A stretch of 64,000 bases of DNA from a candidate division WOR-3 bacterium (GTDB lineage: Bacteria; Hydrothermota; Hydrothermia; JBDRYB01). Shown here piece by piece: positions 8,764-19,066 of the stretch. Below the pieces are notes generated by a model. The model searched no databases, was not told where the DNA came from, and saw only the letters and a program-made list of their open reading frames with translations. The stretch is from positions 203,413 through 267,412 of the forward strand of contig JBDRYB010000001.1 of NCBI GenBank assembly GCA_039803205.1, given 5' to 3'. How positions within the stretch are numbered: position 1 is the first letter of the stretch; each line of letters opens with the position of its first letter. The position numbers and the translations under genes were made by a program.

Positions 8764-9467
8764 TCATCGGTCCGGATTGCACATGCCTCGGCAGGGAGGA
8801 GAAGGCAGGGGATTGCTCGGCCCGAAAGGCCGACCTCTTGATACTCTCGGCATCGGGACCAGGAGAGATAGCCAGGTATTCGCCCTATTGCCGATACACC
8901 CAGGCCATCCTGGGCCCAAAGCGAGAGAGATACGCTGATATTGAAGCAACGAGGGTGATGATCTGGGGCGGATTCCCAAGGGAAATGGCGAAGGGAGCGA
9001 GGCTTTCGGATCTCCCCCCTGAGCTCCTTAAGTGGGATCACCCAAAGATCCTGTTTTTGACCGGAAGGCCAGGCGTCGGGAAGACCTGGGCCGCTGCCGC
9101 CCTCATCCGAAGGGAGCTTGGGGAGGCGATCCTGAAAGGCCCCCTTTGCTCCTATCCTACCGCCTTCGTCTATGCCCCCGATGTTCCGCCATTTTCCAGG
9201 GTCTACGACCTTCCGTGGATCGGCGCGGACCTCCTCCTCATAGATGACCTCCCATTATACGATGCCCATCGCGCCCCACTTTGGCAATCAATTTGCGATT
9301 TCAGATACAGGAACGGGCTGGGCATGCTCATAACAGCGAACACCGAGGCGATTGCCCTGAGCTCCATTGCCCCAAGCTGGAGGCCCGTGCTCTCAAGGCT
9401 ATTTGATGGGGAGCGCTCCTTGGCGATTGAGCTCTCAGGAGCAGACAGGAGGCTCAGAACCTCTTGA
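8760..9467 (+). CDS. DnaC/IstB-like AAA+ ATPase (helicase-loader-like)
   Basis: Walker A GRPGVGKT, Walker B LLLIDD, R....mlITaN, SRL, G.DRR; N-terminal Cys cluster. Confidence 0.8.
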   Translation: MIIGPDCTCLGREEKAGDCSARKADLLILSASGPGEIARYSPYCRYTQAILGPKRERYADIEATRVMIWGGFPREMAKGARLSDLPPELLKWDHPKILFLTGRPGVGKTWAAAALIRRELGEAILKGPLCSYPTAFVYAPDVPPFSRVYDLPWIGADLLLIDDLPLYDAHRAPLWQSICDFRYRNGLGMLITANTEAIALSSIAPSWRPVLSRLFDGERSLAIELSGADRRLRTS

Positions 9468-9672
9468 TTATGAGGCTCAGTATCCAGAATATCACGCTGA
9501 GGACGAGCGAGACCAGGATCGCTGATGTTATGGGAAAGTAAAAGAAGAACCCCTCCCTCTTGATGATTATGTCCCCTGGGAGGCCCCCTCTCTTTAGTAT
9601 CAAAGCGAATGCGATGAGGACCGAACCAAAAGCGACAAGGACCGCTCCGAGGAGAACGAGGAACCTCCCCAT
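9454..9672 (-). CDS. DUF2905 family membrane protein
   Basis: LPGDIIIKREGFFFYFPITSAILVS motif with two TM helices. Confidence 0.85.
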   Translation of the reverse strand: MGRFLVLLGAVLVAFGSVLIAFALILKRGGLPGDIIIKREGFFFYFPITSAILVSLVLSVIFWILSLIIKRF

Positions 9673-9673
9673 G

Positions 9674-10741
9674 CTAAACCACGATGAGGTCCTTCGGAGA
9701 CCTCGTTATGACCTCAGCCTCAGGCTCCTTGACCCAAACCATGTCCTCTATCCTCACCCCGAACACTCCCTCAATGTATATGCCCGGCTCAACAGTCGTG
9801 ACCTCGCCGCCCTCAAGGGTGCAATCAGCCAGATACGAGAGGTGGGGGGCCTCGTGCACATCAAGCCCAACCCCGTGGCCGAGCCCGTGGCCGAACCGTT
9901 CCCCGAACCCTTTTTCGGCTATAAAATCCCTCGCCATGGCGTCCGCGTCCCTGCAGGAGAGGCCGGGCCTCAGGCCCACGATAGCCCTTTCCTGCGCCTC
10001 CTTTACTATACCGTATATCTCCGTGAAATCCTCTGGAGGGGAGGAAGGGCCTATCCAGATCGTTCTGGTCATGTCTGAGGCGTAGCCCATGAGCGAGGCG
10101 CCGAAATCAAGGAGCAGGACCGCGTTTTTCTCTATCACGGCATCCCTCGGCCTCGCGTGCGGGAGAGCGGAGTGGGGCCCGCCTGCCACTATGGTCGGAA
10201 AAGCCGGGCCATCAGCCCCTTCTTTTCTCATTAGGTAATCCATCTCAAGCGCGAGCTCGGCCTCCGTGATCTGGCCAGGCCTTATGTTATCAAGGACCCA
10301 GCTGAAGACCCTCTCCGTTATGGCCTGGGCTGAGGATATGGCCTTCACCTCATCCGGGCCCTTTATCTTTCTGAGCGCGTAGACAGCGCCCTTGAGGGGC
10401 AAGAAGGGAATCCCCAGCTTATCCTTGAACGCCTCGTATTGCTCGTATGTCATGGACTCAGGCTCAAAGTATAGCTCGGAAAGCCCTGAGAGGTATTCGG
10501 GGAGTTCCCTGAATATACCCTCGCTGGTTATGCGGATCCTGCACAGATCGCCTATTTCCTCCCTTGATTGTATATCATAACGAAAATCAGTAAAGAAGAC
10601 AGCCTCGTCCCCCCTTATCAAGAGGTAGGCTGATGAGCCCGAGAACCCGGTCAGGTATCGGATGTTCTTGATGTTGGTCACGAGAAACCCGGGTATTCCC
10701 CTGTCTGAGAGGGATTTCTTGAGGCGTTCCAGGTTGTTCAT
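9674..10741 (-). CDS. Xaa-Pro aminopeptidase (M24B)
   Basis: NIRYLTGFSGS, DFGA..GYASDMTRT, HGLGHGVGLDVHEAP, EPGIY and GVRIED motifs. Confidence 0.95.
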   Translation of the reverse strand: MNNLERLKKSLSDRGIPGFLVTNIKNIRYLTGFSGSSAYLLIRGDEAVFFTDFRYDIQSREEIGDLCRIRITSEGIFRELPEYLSGLSELYFEPESMTYEQYEAFKDKLGIPFLPLKGAVYALRKIKGPDEVKAISSAQAITERVFSWVLDNIRPGQITEAELALEMDYLMRKEGADGPAFPTIVAGGPHSALPHARPRDAVIEKNAVLLLDFGASLMGYASDMTRTIWIGPSSPPEDFTEIYGIVKEAQERAIVGLRPGLSCRDADAMARDFIAEKGFGERFGHGLGHGVGLDVHEAPHLSYLADCTLEGGEVTTVEPGIYIEGVFGVRIEDMVWVKEPEAEVITRSPKDLIVV

Positions 10742-12915
10742 CTGCGGAATATCCTCTTCCAGAACCCGCGCTTCTCGTAATACTTGCCCGTGTATCGCTT
10801 TATCTCAAGCGGGACATCGTTGAACACGGTTCCGAGGAGCCTTATGCTCCCTGTTCTCAGCCTCTCTGCGGCCTCCGCCACATTGCCCTTCCTGCTGAAC
10901 CCGTATCTGACGACGAGTATGACCCCTGATGCCCATCTGGCCATGTGCACGGCGTCGACAACCGGGAGGACGGGGGGGCAATCAAACATGATGCAATCAA
11001 ATCTCCCTTTGGTTTCCATGACCAGCCTGGTGAGGTTCTCGCGCCCAAGGAGGGCTGAGGGATCCGGGGGAACGGTTCCGCCTGGGATCACGGCGAGCCC
11101 ATCCAGAGAAACAACCACATCATCCGGCCTGGCTTTTCCTACCAGGATGTCGGAGAGCCCAGGGGCCAAGGGAACGCCGAATATCTCGTGGAGCCGGGGC
11201 TTCCTCATGTCCCCGTCAACGAGGAGAACCCTCTTCCCCATGCCCGAGAGGGCCCTTGCCACCCCAACCGCGACCGTGCTCTTTCCCTCGCCGGCCGCTG
11301 GGCTGGTTATCACGATGACCTTGGTGGGGTCCTCTGTGGGGATGTAGTCAAGCGATAGCCCGAGCAATTTGAAGGATTCCTCCATGAAGACCCTGGATGA
11401 GCCTGAATCAGCGGCCCTCGGGATCACGGAGAGGCAAGTCGCCTTCGTCAGGCGCTCGAGGACCTTCTTGCTCCTAACGCTAACATCCAGGGACTCCGAT
11501 ATGAATATCCCCAGAATTGAGAGGAGCAGACCAGCCAAAAACCCCATGGCCGCGTTGAATCTCTTTCTGGGCTGGACGGGATAAGGGTCAGGAAGGGCTG
11601 AATCCACCATGACGATGATGCCCGTTTCCTGATTCTCGTTTATCTTTATCTCGTAAAGGTTCTTCGTAAGGGCAGAGTAGACCTCCTCTCCTGCATCAAC
11701 CTTGGCCGCGAGGCGCTCAATCTCTATAATCCTCGCTGGCAGGTCCCTCATCTGAGCCGCGTATCTCCCGTATAGCGCATCAAGCTCCTCAAGCCTCTTC
11801 TGGTAGATCGCCATCCTGTTCGCTATTACGGCCTGCTCCAGGGTGTTTATCTGGGAATCAAGTAGCATTATCGTCGGATGATCGGGTTTATACATGGAAA
11901 GGAGCTTTGCCTTTTCGTTCCTGAGGTTGATGAGGTCAGCCTCCATCATTGAGTATGATGTATCCGGCAAAAGTTTCTTTGATCTTTCGTATGCTGACGG
12001 ATACTGCTTTCTCAGGATCTCAAGCGCGGTCCTCGTCTCCATCCGCTCCTTCTCTATTTCATCAATGGCCCCGAGGATTATCTGGCTCTGGGCAGTTGGC
12101 TCAAACACCCCATACTGCTTTCGCATTTCCACCAAGAGGTCGCCAAGCGAATCCAGCTCGTGCCTCATGTCAGCCAACTGCTCCTCGAGGAACCTTCTCA
12201 TGAGCCTGGAGCGCTCCTTGTCCATTTCCATTATGAACCTGGAGTATTCCCTCGCGTAGGCATTTGTCAGCATTGCGGCCTTCTCCGGCGTCTCAGCGGT
12301 GAGCATGAGGGACATTATCTCGGTCGGCCCCTCCATGAGGACCATCACCCTGCCCTGGAGGTCTCCTGCAACGGCCTGAAGGTCCACGATGTTTATGGAT
12401 ACCCTTTGGCCAGGCTCCAGGCCCTCTGCCTTCACGGTGAATGACCAGTTCTCAACAGGGGTCGGCTCCCCGAACCTCCCGCGCCCAACGAGCTTCCCAT
12501 CCCTTTCAACCCTGAAGCTGTCCCCTTGGGATATTATGGTGTATGACCCCCCTTTGAAGCTATCGGGGAAACTGCAATCGCAGAAGCTTATCTCGGCTCC
12601 GGGGGGCTTTTCGGCCACGAATATGTTCAGGCCAAGTCTTCTTGCGACATTCTCCGCTATAATCCTGCTCTTTATGAGATTCACTTGGGTCTGGAAGGGA
12701 TCTGCCACGAAGAAAGGGGTTCCTACCGCTGTTTTGAGGACGCTTGTTGACCTCGCGAGGTCAACCCTCATCCTGGCTGTTCCCTGATAAACCGGCTTCG
12801 TCGTGAACGATACCACCAAGGAAGCACCAACCGAACCGAGCATTATCGCCGCCACCATTAACCAGTGCTTCTTGAAGAGCTCCCAGTAAAACCTTATCTC
12901 TTTCCTGTCCTCCAT
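10738..12915 (-). CDS. wzc: Polysaccharide co-polymerase / BY tyrosine kinase
   Basis: Two TMs around a coiled coil, ITSPAAGEGKST, DGDMRKP, FDCPP and a short Tyr-containing tail. Confidence 0.9.
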   Translation of the reverse strand: MEDRKEIRFYWELFKKHWLMVAAIMLGSVGASLVVSFTTKPVYQGTARMRVDLARSTSVLKTAVGTPFFVADPFQTQVNLIKSRIIAENVARRLGLNIFVAEKPPGAEISFCDCSFPDSFKGGSYTIISQGDSFRVERDGKLVGRGRFGEPTPVENWSFTVKAEGLEPGQRVSINIVDLQAVAGDLQGRVMVLMEGPTEIMSLMLTAETPEKAAMLTNAYAREYSRFIMEMDKERSRLMRRFLEEQLADMRHELDSLGDLLVEMRKQYGVFEPTAQSQIILGAIDEIEKERMETRTALEILRKQYPSAYERSKKLLPDTSYSMMEADLINLRNEKAKLLSMYKPDHPTIMLLDSQINTLEQAVIANRMAIYQKRLEELDALYGRYAAQMRDLPARIIEIERLAAKVDAGEEVYSALTKNLYEIKINENQETGIIVMVDSALPDPYPVQPRKRFNAAMGFLAGLLLSILGIFISESLDVSVRSKKVLERLTKATCLSVIPRAADSGSSRVFMEESFKLLGLSLDYIPTEDPTKVIVITSPAAGEGKSTVAVGVARALSGMGKRVLLVDGDMRKPRLHEIFGVPLAPGLSDILVGKARPDDVVVSLDGLAVIPGGTVPPDPSALLGRENLTRLVMETKGRFDCIMFDCPPVLPVVDAVHMARWASGVILVVRYGFSRKGNVAEAAERLRTGSIRLLGTVFNDVPLEIKRYTGKYYEKRGFWKRIFRR

Positions 12916-12921
12916 AGCGCC

Positions 12922-13500
12922 CTATCGGTTCATCAAGAGGTAAACGGATATTCCAACTGATACTCCGGTTGCCAGCATGTAGAAGATGCCTGACCAGCCT
13001 CCCCACTTTGAGAGGAGGGTTCTCGGCACATATATGATGTCTCCGGATTCAACCCCAGCCTCAATCGCGGACTGGCCTTTCTTCATCGCCGCGTTCAGGT
13101 TGACCCTGGCCGCTGAGCCCTTCTTTATTAGGGAGACCCTTCCGAGGTCTCCTGATGGCGTTGGCCCCCCTGCCAGGGCCACTATCTCAAGGATGGTCTC
13201 GGAGCCCGTGATGTAGTATTCCCTCGGGCCGAAAACCTCCCCTGTGACATAGACCCTGAAGAGGGGCTCAAGGGTCAACTGCGGGTTGTTGTAGTATGTC
13301 TCGTAAGCCTTCTCCAGCTCAGCCCTGAGAGCCTCGGCCTCCTTTCCCCCGGCCGTGACCTTGCCCAGAATGGGTAGGTAGCAACTGCCGTCCTCCAGCA
13401 CCCGGTATTGGCCGGATATCATGGTGTCCGGCCAGAGGTAGACCCTTATCATGTCACCAGGGGCAAGAACAATGGCCGTAAGCCAAGGCAATAGAATCAT
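12922..13500 (-). CDS. wza: Polysaccharide export protein (Poly_export + SLBB)
   Basis: LAPGDMIRV, DG...LPILGKV, VYVTGEV, ALAGG and GDIIYVP motifs; upstream of wzc. Confidence 0.85.
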   Translation of the reverse strand: MILLPWLTAIVLAPGDMIRVYLWPDTMISGQYRVLEDGSCYLPILGKVTAGGKEAEALRAELEKAYETYYNNPQLTLEPLFRVYVTGEVFGPREYYITGSETILEIVALAGGPTPSGDLGRVSLIKKGSAARVNLNAAMKKGQSAIEAGVESGDIIYVPRTLLSKWGGWSGIFYMLATGVSVGISVYLLMNR

Positions 13501-13655
13501 GCTTAGAGGGCAAATGATAAAGAAAACGGATATGACCGCGCAAGCTCCCTTTTCACCTGCCCGGCCCTTCTGTTAAAGGCCGAATCCGGGCCAGCGCGGC
13601 TGGTTGATCCTCACCGCGGGCTCGGATTATCATTTGAGCGCAAAGGAGGTCTCTG

Positions 13656-16340
13656 ATGCTTCTGGAAATACTCATAGCGAGCCAAACCCTCCCCGGCCTC
13701 TACTTTGAGAGCGGCACGGAGGGCACCTGGGCAAAGATATACACGGGAACAGAGTGGATAAACGAGAAACCCATGAGGAGCCAGCCCATCCCCCCGAAGG
13801 TAGCTGACACGGCCGTGCTCTGGGTTGACAGGAACCACGGAAACGCGGTGGCTGAGCATGTGGCAATAACAGGGGACGGGATGCACATCTTCGCTGGATG
13901 GTGGTTGAACAACAAGCGGGTTTCCGCATACAGGACCCTCGGGACGAATGTCCCCATATGGATGGACAGCCTTCCGGACGCTGAGTGGCAGATAAGGGTT
14001 GACGCATCAAGGGTTGACAAGTTCACATCCGCTGTCCCCGGCCACCCAACCATGGATTGCTACGATAAGGGCTCGGCCACGCCCCTCTGGGAGTTCCGCT
14101 ATCCACCGGGATTCCGGGCCGCGGGCTGGAAGACCTCGGCTGTCTCCTACGATGGCGCTGTTGCCGCATTCATAGGCTCAAACGGCGCTGTTGGCAAGGT
14201 ATGGGTCCTCTCCACAGCCACCGGCGAAACCCTGTGGACAAGGGAGTTCAGCTACGCGAGAGGACCATACGGAGTTGATCTCTCCTCAGATGGCTCGGTC
14301 TGCCTGGTCACATGCTACGACTCCTGCTTCGTCTACGAAAACGGCACCCTGAGGGGCAACTTCTACCACTACGGCCAGGTTCCCTCGGCCATATCTGGCG
14401 ATGGGTCCATAGTGGCGTCCGCCAACTACAACGCTACGGTTCAGGTATGGCAGTGGAACGGATCATCCTATGTTCTCCTTTGGCAGAACAGCGTGGGAAA
14501 CACCTGGGCCACATCTGTTGATGTCTCGCGAGATGGCTCAACCATAGCCTGCGGAACAGGATACAGCAACGGAACCCTGAGGGTATATGACATCTCCTCC
14601 TCTACCCCGCTCTGGACATACGCTGGATACGGCGGATACGGCTCAGGGGTCTGGGCCGTGGCCGTTTCCGGGGACGGAGGGCACATCATTGCCGCATCCT
14701 ACGGGGACACCCTTCCAAACGACACATTCAAGGTTTTAACCGTTCACGACAGGTCCTCATCTGTGCCCCTCCTGACCGTGAACGGCCAGCAGGAGCCCGG
14801 CTCATTGTTCTCGTGCGACATATCCGATGACGGGGTATACGCTACGGCCGGAGGAAAGGCTGTCCACGCATACACCCTTGGCAACGGCGGCGAGGTCTAC
14901 GCGATAATCATAGGGGCTTCGCCCTCGGCGAATGTGGGGACAGAGGCGATACTCTCGCCCCCCAAGTGGGTTCAGCTTTCGGGCAACTACCAGGTCCAAG
15001 CCAGGTTCAGGAACTACGGGGATTCCCCCGCGAGCTTCCCCGTTTATTTCAGGATAGACACGGCCGGCGGAACCGTCTACTCATCCTCCTCAAGCATAAC
15101 CAACCTCGGCCCAGGCTCTCCTCAGACCATAACATTCTCTCCGAACTGGACCCCCCCGAACTACAACCTCTACACAGCCTACGCCTGGACAGAGCTCAGT
15201 GGGGATGGCTACCACGGGGATGATACGGTTTCCCTGACAATAAAGTGCTTCCACGATGCTATGGCTGTTAGCATAGATCAGCCTTTTGACACCATAACCG
15301 TGAATCAGCCCTTTACCCCAGGGGTGACCGTCAAAAACAACGGTTCATACACGGAATCCTTCAGGGTGATCCTCAACATTTACGATTCCTATATGACGCT
15401 CATATACTCGGATACAGCGGTCTCATCCCCCATAGCGCCAGACGCGCAGACGAGGGTGACATTCTCCCCCCAGTGGGCGCCGCCAGCGATAGGATCATAT
15501 ACCGCGGAGGCGATAGCTGAGGTCACGGACAACTACTACACGGACAACGACACGGTGAGAAAGCCTTTTGAGGCTACCTACGAGATCATATACGACGATG
15601 GGGTTCCGGAGGCCTACTATGTGGTCAGCTTCTCGGACGACAACAACAAGTTCGCTGTCCGCTTCACACCGACCATAGACCCACCCCTTTACATAACCCA
15701 GGGCAGGATATATGTGAACCAGGCGGGAAAGCCCTTTGACTATGTGATACTCTGCCCTGATGCTGGAGGCCGCCCTGACACGGCCGCTCCCTATGATACG
15801 GTATACAATGTCTCGGCGCCCTCAGCCCCAGCCTGGGCCTTCTTTGATTTCAGCCCGGACATATATCTCACATCCGGGTCCGACATATGGCTCGTCATCC
15901 ACTGGCCCTCATCAAGCCCGGGCGCTCCAGGGGTCGGGGCTGACAACAACTGGTTCGTGGACACAAGGAGCTGGTGGTATAACAACTCATCGGGCTGGAA
16001 CAACTGGACATCCCACGACTGGATGATCAGGGTGACCCAGGACACGGCCCCATCAGATGTCGCTGAGCCCCCGGACAATCTGAGGTTCTGGGTTGGAATG
16101 CCTTCCCCAAATCCAGCGAGGGGCCAAGCCATCCTCTCATACAGCTTGCCGGACGAGACCGATGTTGAGGTAAAGCTATATACGGTTGACGGGAGGCTGG
16201 CGAAGGAGCTCTTCTCAGGGAGAGAGGGGCCCGGAGTCCACAACCTGAGCCTGGCTCTGGATGTGCCGAACGGGGTCTATTTCCTGAGGCTCAGAGCCGG
16301 GAACCAGAAAGCACTGAGGAAGCTGGCTATCCTGCGCTAG
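13656..16340 (+). CDS. Secreted WD40-like propeller + Ig/CARDB-like domains + full-length T9SS-type CTD
   Basis: S.DG repeats, V.N.G...F.V Ig-like units and C-terminal PNP...YSLP...LYTVDGRL...NGVYFLRL...KLAILR. Confidence 0.8.
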   Translation: MLLEILIASQTLPGLYFESGTEGTWAKIYTGTEWINEKPMRSQPIPPKVADTAVLWVDRNHGNAVAEHVAITGDGMHIFAGWWLNNKRVSAYRTLGTNVPIWMDSLPDAEWQIRVDASRVDKFTSAVPGHPTMDCYDKGSATPLWEFRYPPGFRAAGWKTSAVSYDGAVAAFIGSNGAVGKVWVLSTATGETLWTREFSYARGPYGVDLSSDGSVCLVTCYDSCFVYENGTLRGNFYHYGQVPSAISGDGSIVASANYNATVQVWQWNGSSYVLLWQNSVGNTWATSVDVSRDGSTIACGTGYSNGTLRVYDISSSTPLWTYAGYGGYGSGVWAVAVSGDGGHIIAASYGDTLPNDTFKVLTVHDRSSSVPLLTVNGQQEPGSLFSCDISDDGVYATAGGKAVHAYTLGNGGEVYAIIIGASPSANVGTEAILSPPKWVQLSGNYQVQARFRNYGDSPASFPVYFRIDTAGGTVYSSSSSITNLGPGSPQTITFSPNWTPPNYNLYTAYAWTELSGDGYHGDDTVSLTIKCFHDAMAVSIDQPFDTITVNQPFTPGVTVKNNGSYTESFRVILNIYDSYMTLIYSDTAVSSPIAPDAQTRVTFSPQWAPPAIGSYTAEAIAEVTDNYYTDNDTVRKPFEATYEIIYDDGVPEAYYVVSFSDDNNKFAVRFTPTIDPPLYITQGRIYVNQAGKPFDYVILCPDAGGRPDTAAPYDTVYNVSAPSAPAWAFFDFSPDIYLTSGSDIWLVIHWPSSSPGAPGVGADNNWFVDTRSWWYNNSSGWNNWTSHDWMIRVTQDTAPSDVAEPPDNLRFWVGMPSPNPARGQAILSYSLPDETDVEVKLYTVDGRLAKELFSGREGPGVHNLSLALDVPNGVYFLRLRAGNQKALRKLAILR

Positions 16341-16389
16341 ATCCTTCAAGGAGGCGCAGATATGCAACGAGGAGGATAACCGTTATCAG

Positions 16390-17445
16390 GTGAGCCAGAA
16401 CCAGGAGCGAGGCCTCTACATCCACATCCCTTTTTGCCAGAGCAGGTGCCCCTATTGCTCGTTCTACTCCGAAACGGGCCTTCACCTGAGCGATGATTTC
16501 CTGGAGGCCCTGGCTAATGAGGCTCAGGAATTCAAGGGTTATTGCTTCTCAACATGCTACATAGGCGGTGGGACCCCTTCAGTTCTGTCTCCGGATCAAA
16601 CAGAGAGGCTGTTCGGGATAATCCGAGAGAACTTTGAGCTGGACCGGGGCGCTGAGATAACGGTTGAGGTCAACCCGGAGTCCGCGACCGGGGATCTTCT
16701 CAGAACGCTAAAAGGCCTGGGTGCGAACAGGCTCTCTGTGGGCGCGCAGTCCACCTGGGACAGCGAGCTGGAGCGCCTCGGCAGAAGGCACAGGAACTCG
16801 GACACGATAAGGTGCGTGGAGAACGCCTTGGCCGTGGGCTTCTCAAACATAAACCTTGACCTCATCTTCGGGTTCATCGGCCAGACAGAGGAAAGCTGGA
16901 GAAAGAGCCTCGTGCGGGCCACAGAGCTCCCAATAACCCACATATCAACATACGCCCTGAGCCCACACGGAGGGGTTGAGGAGCTCTCCGAGGAAGAGAT
17001 CATCGTCATGTATGAGATTAGGGACGAGGTCTTGGGCGCTCGCGGCTTCCTGAGATACGAGATAAGCAACTACGCGAGGCCCGGCTACGAATCCGTGCAC
17101 AACCTTATATACTGGCGCCGCAAGGAATACCTGGGCCTCGGGCCCTCTGCCTCAAGCTTCATGGGAAACCGGAGGTGGAGGAACGAACCGGATCTTGAGC
17201 TTTACCTGAAGGCCCCTCCTTTCCAGAGAGAGGAAGAAACCCTCACGCCGGAGCAGGCCAGGCTTGAGGAGATATTCCTGGGGCTCAGGCTCTCTGATGG
17301 GATCGATCTTGGGATCTCGGAGCTCCCGGAGGAACTCGTGGGCCTCGTAGAAATAAAGAACCGCCGGGTCTCCTTGACCCCAAAAGGGGTTCTCGTCTCA
17401 GACCGGGTCGCGCTGGAGCTGTTTGAGGTGCTCGGAAACCAATGA
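16390..17445 (+). CDS. hemW: Radical SAM heme chaperone HemW (HemN-like)
   Basis: LYIHIPFCQSRCPYC, GGGTPS, YEISNYA and HNLIYW motifs. Confidence 0.9.
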   Translation: MSQNQERGLYIHIPFCQSRCPYCSFYSETGLHLSDDFLEALANEAQEFKGYCFSTCYIGGGTPSVLSPDQTERLFGIIRENFELDRGAEITVEVNPESATGDLLRTLKGLGANRLSVGAQSTWDSELERLGRRHRNSDTIRCVENALAVGFSNINLDLIFGFIGQTEESWRKSLVRATELPITHISTYALSPHGGVEELSEEEIIVMYEIRDEVLGARGFLRYEISNYARPGYESVHNLIYWRRKEYLGLGPSASSFMGNRRWRNEPDLELYLKAPPFQREEETLTPEQARLEEIFLGLRLSDGIDLGISELPEELVGLVEIKNRRVSLTPKGVLVSDRVALELFEVLGNQ

Positions 17446-17473
17446 TTCCCGTCCTTTTATCTGCGAATAATCC

Positions 17474-19015
17474 CTATCTGATCGCCAGCTTGCCGGATTG
17501 GTTACGAGTTACGGGTTCCGGGTTACGGGTTGTCCAGATGTAGACCCCTGGCTCAAGGGGGAGCCGGTTCTCGCCCTCCTGCAATTCGCCGGAATAGACT
17601 AGCCTTCCGTCTGCCTTGTATATCTTTATCCCAATATCATAAGGGGAAATGAAGAGCGCGGCGCCCGGAACCGGGGAGCAGGTTATCCTGGAGCCCGGAA
17701 GGATGTCTCTCTCTCTGACATAAACCGTTGGGCAAACCTCGGTTATGGCCGGATCTGGGGTGGTTATAGTTGGGTCTGGGGATGATGTCTGAGGGGAGCA
17801 GTCCGCGCCAACTGAGGGTTCGGTTATGGTTGGCGAAACATCGTAGACGGTTGGGGAGCATTCCTGGACACAGCCGGGATAGTTCCCGTCAGAACCCAGC
17901 TTGAGGACGAGGAAATCATAATCGCCGGCGCCGAAACTCCTTGCCTTTCCCGCGACAGCGTAGCCTCCATCCGCGGTCTGAGCTATGGAGGAGGCCATGT
18001 CCCAGTCTGTTCCGCCAAATGTCCTCGCCCAGGCAAGTGAACCATCCGGGTTAAGCTTGAGGACTAGGAAATCACTATTGCCAGCGCCGAAACTCTGTGT
18101 GTATCCCGCGACAGCGTAGCCTCCATCAGAGGTCTGGTTTATGGAGGAGGCTATGTCCCCGTTTGTTCCGCCAAATGTCCTCGCCCAGGCAAGTGAACCA
18201 TCCGGGTTCAGCTTGAGAACGAAGCAATCAAAATAGCCAGCGCCGAAACTCTGTGTGTATCCCGCGACAGCGTAGCCTCCATCAAAGGTTTGGGTTATGG
18301 AGGAGGCATCATCCGTGCTTGTTCCCCCAAATGTCCTTGCCCAGGCAAGAGAGCCGTCGGAGTTCAGCTTGAGGACGAGGAGATCCCGATCGCCAGCACC
18401 GAAACTATATGTGTGTCCCGCGACAGCGTACCCTCCATCAGAGGTCTGGGTTATGGAATAGGCCCTATCCCAGCTGGTTCCGCCAAATGTCCTTGCCCAG
18501 GCGAGAGAGCCATCCGGGTTCAGCTTGAGGACAAGGAAATCAGCATTGCCAGCGCCGAAACTATATGTGATTCCCGCGACAGCGTAGCCTCCATCCGCGG
18601 TCTGAGCTATGGAGGAGGCTATGTCGTAGTCTGTTCCCCCAAATGTCCTTGCCCAAGCGAGAGAGCCGTTGGAGTTCAGCTTGAGGACGAGGAGATCCCG
18701 ATCGCCAGCGCCGAAACTATATGTGTGTCCCGCGACAGCGTAGCCCCCATCAGAGGTCTGGGTCATGGAGTAGGCCGTGTCCCAGTCTGTTCCGCCAAAT
18801 GTCCTTGCCCAGACAGGTGAGCCATCCGGGTCCAGCTTGAGAACGAGGAAATCATAACCGCCAGCGCCGAAACTCTGTGTGCGTCCCGCGACAGCGTAGC
18901 CCCCATCCGCGGTCTGGACTATGGAGCGGGCCTCGTCCCAGTTCGTTCCGCCAAAGGCTTTGGCGAAGAGCCACTGACCAACCAAGATGTTTGTGGTTAT
19001 TATAGCGTATATCAT
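17474..19015 (-). CDS. Secreted 7-bladed beta-propeller (paralog B) with T9SS-like CTD
   Basis: Seven 51-aa blades; same architecture as paralog A; 513 aa. Confidence 0.85.
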   Translation of the reverse strand: MIYAIITTNILVGQWLFAKAFGGTNWDEARSIVQTADGGYAVAGRTQSFGAGGYDFLVLKLDPDGSPVWARTFGGTDWDTAYSMTQTSDGGYAVAGHTYSFGAGDRDLLVLKLNSNGSLAWARTFGGTDYDIASSIAQTADGGYAVAGITYSFGAGNADFLVLKLNPDGSLAWARTFGGTSWDRAYSITQTSDGGYAVAGHTYSFGAGDRDLLVLKLNSDGSLAWARTFGGTSTDDASSITQTFDGGYAVAGYTQSFGAGYFDCFVLKLNPDGSLAWARTFGGTNGDIASSINQTSDGGYAVAGYTQSFGAGNSDFLVLKLNPDGSLAWARTFGGTDWDMASSIAQTADGGYAVAGKARSFGAGDYDFLVLKLGSDGNYPGCVQECSPTVYDVSPTITEPSVGADCSPQTSSPDPTITTPDPAITEVCPTVYVRERDILPGSRITCSPVPGAALFISPYDIGIKIYKADGRLVYSGELQEGENRLPLEPGVYIWTTRNPEPVTRNQSGKLAIR

Positions 19016-19066
19016 AAATAAACCTCTGTTAGGCTCAAATTATAAACCTTTGTCAAGGGGCAAAAC

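Noticed and set aside
8760..9467. IS21 element (IstB)
   Set aside because: The upstream ORF shows no DDE transposase features and no terminal inverted repeats were found.
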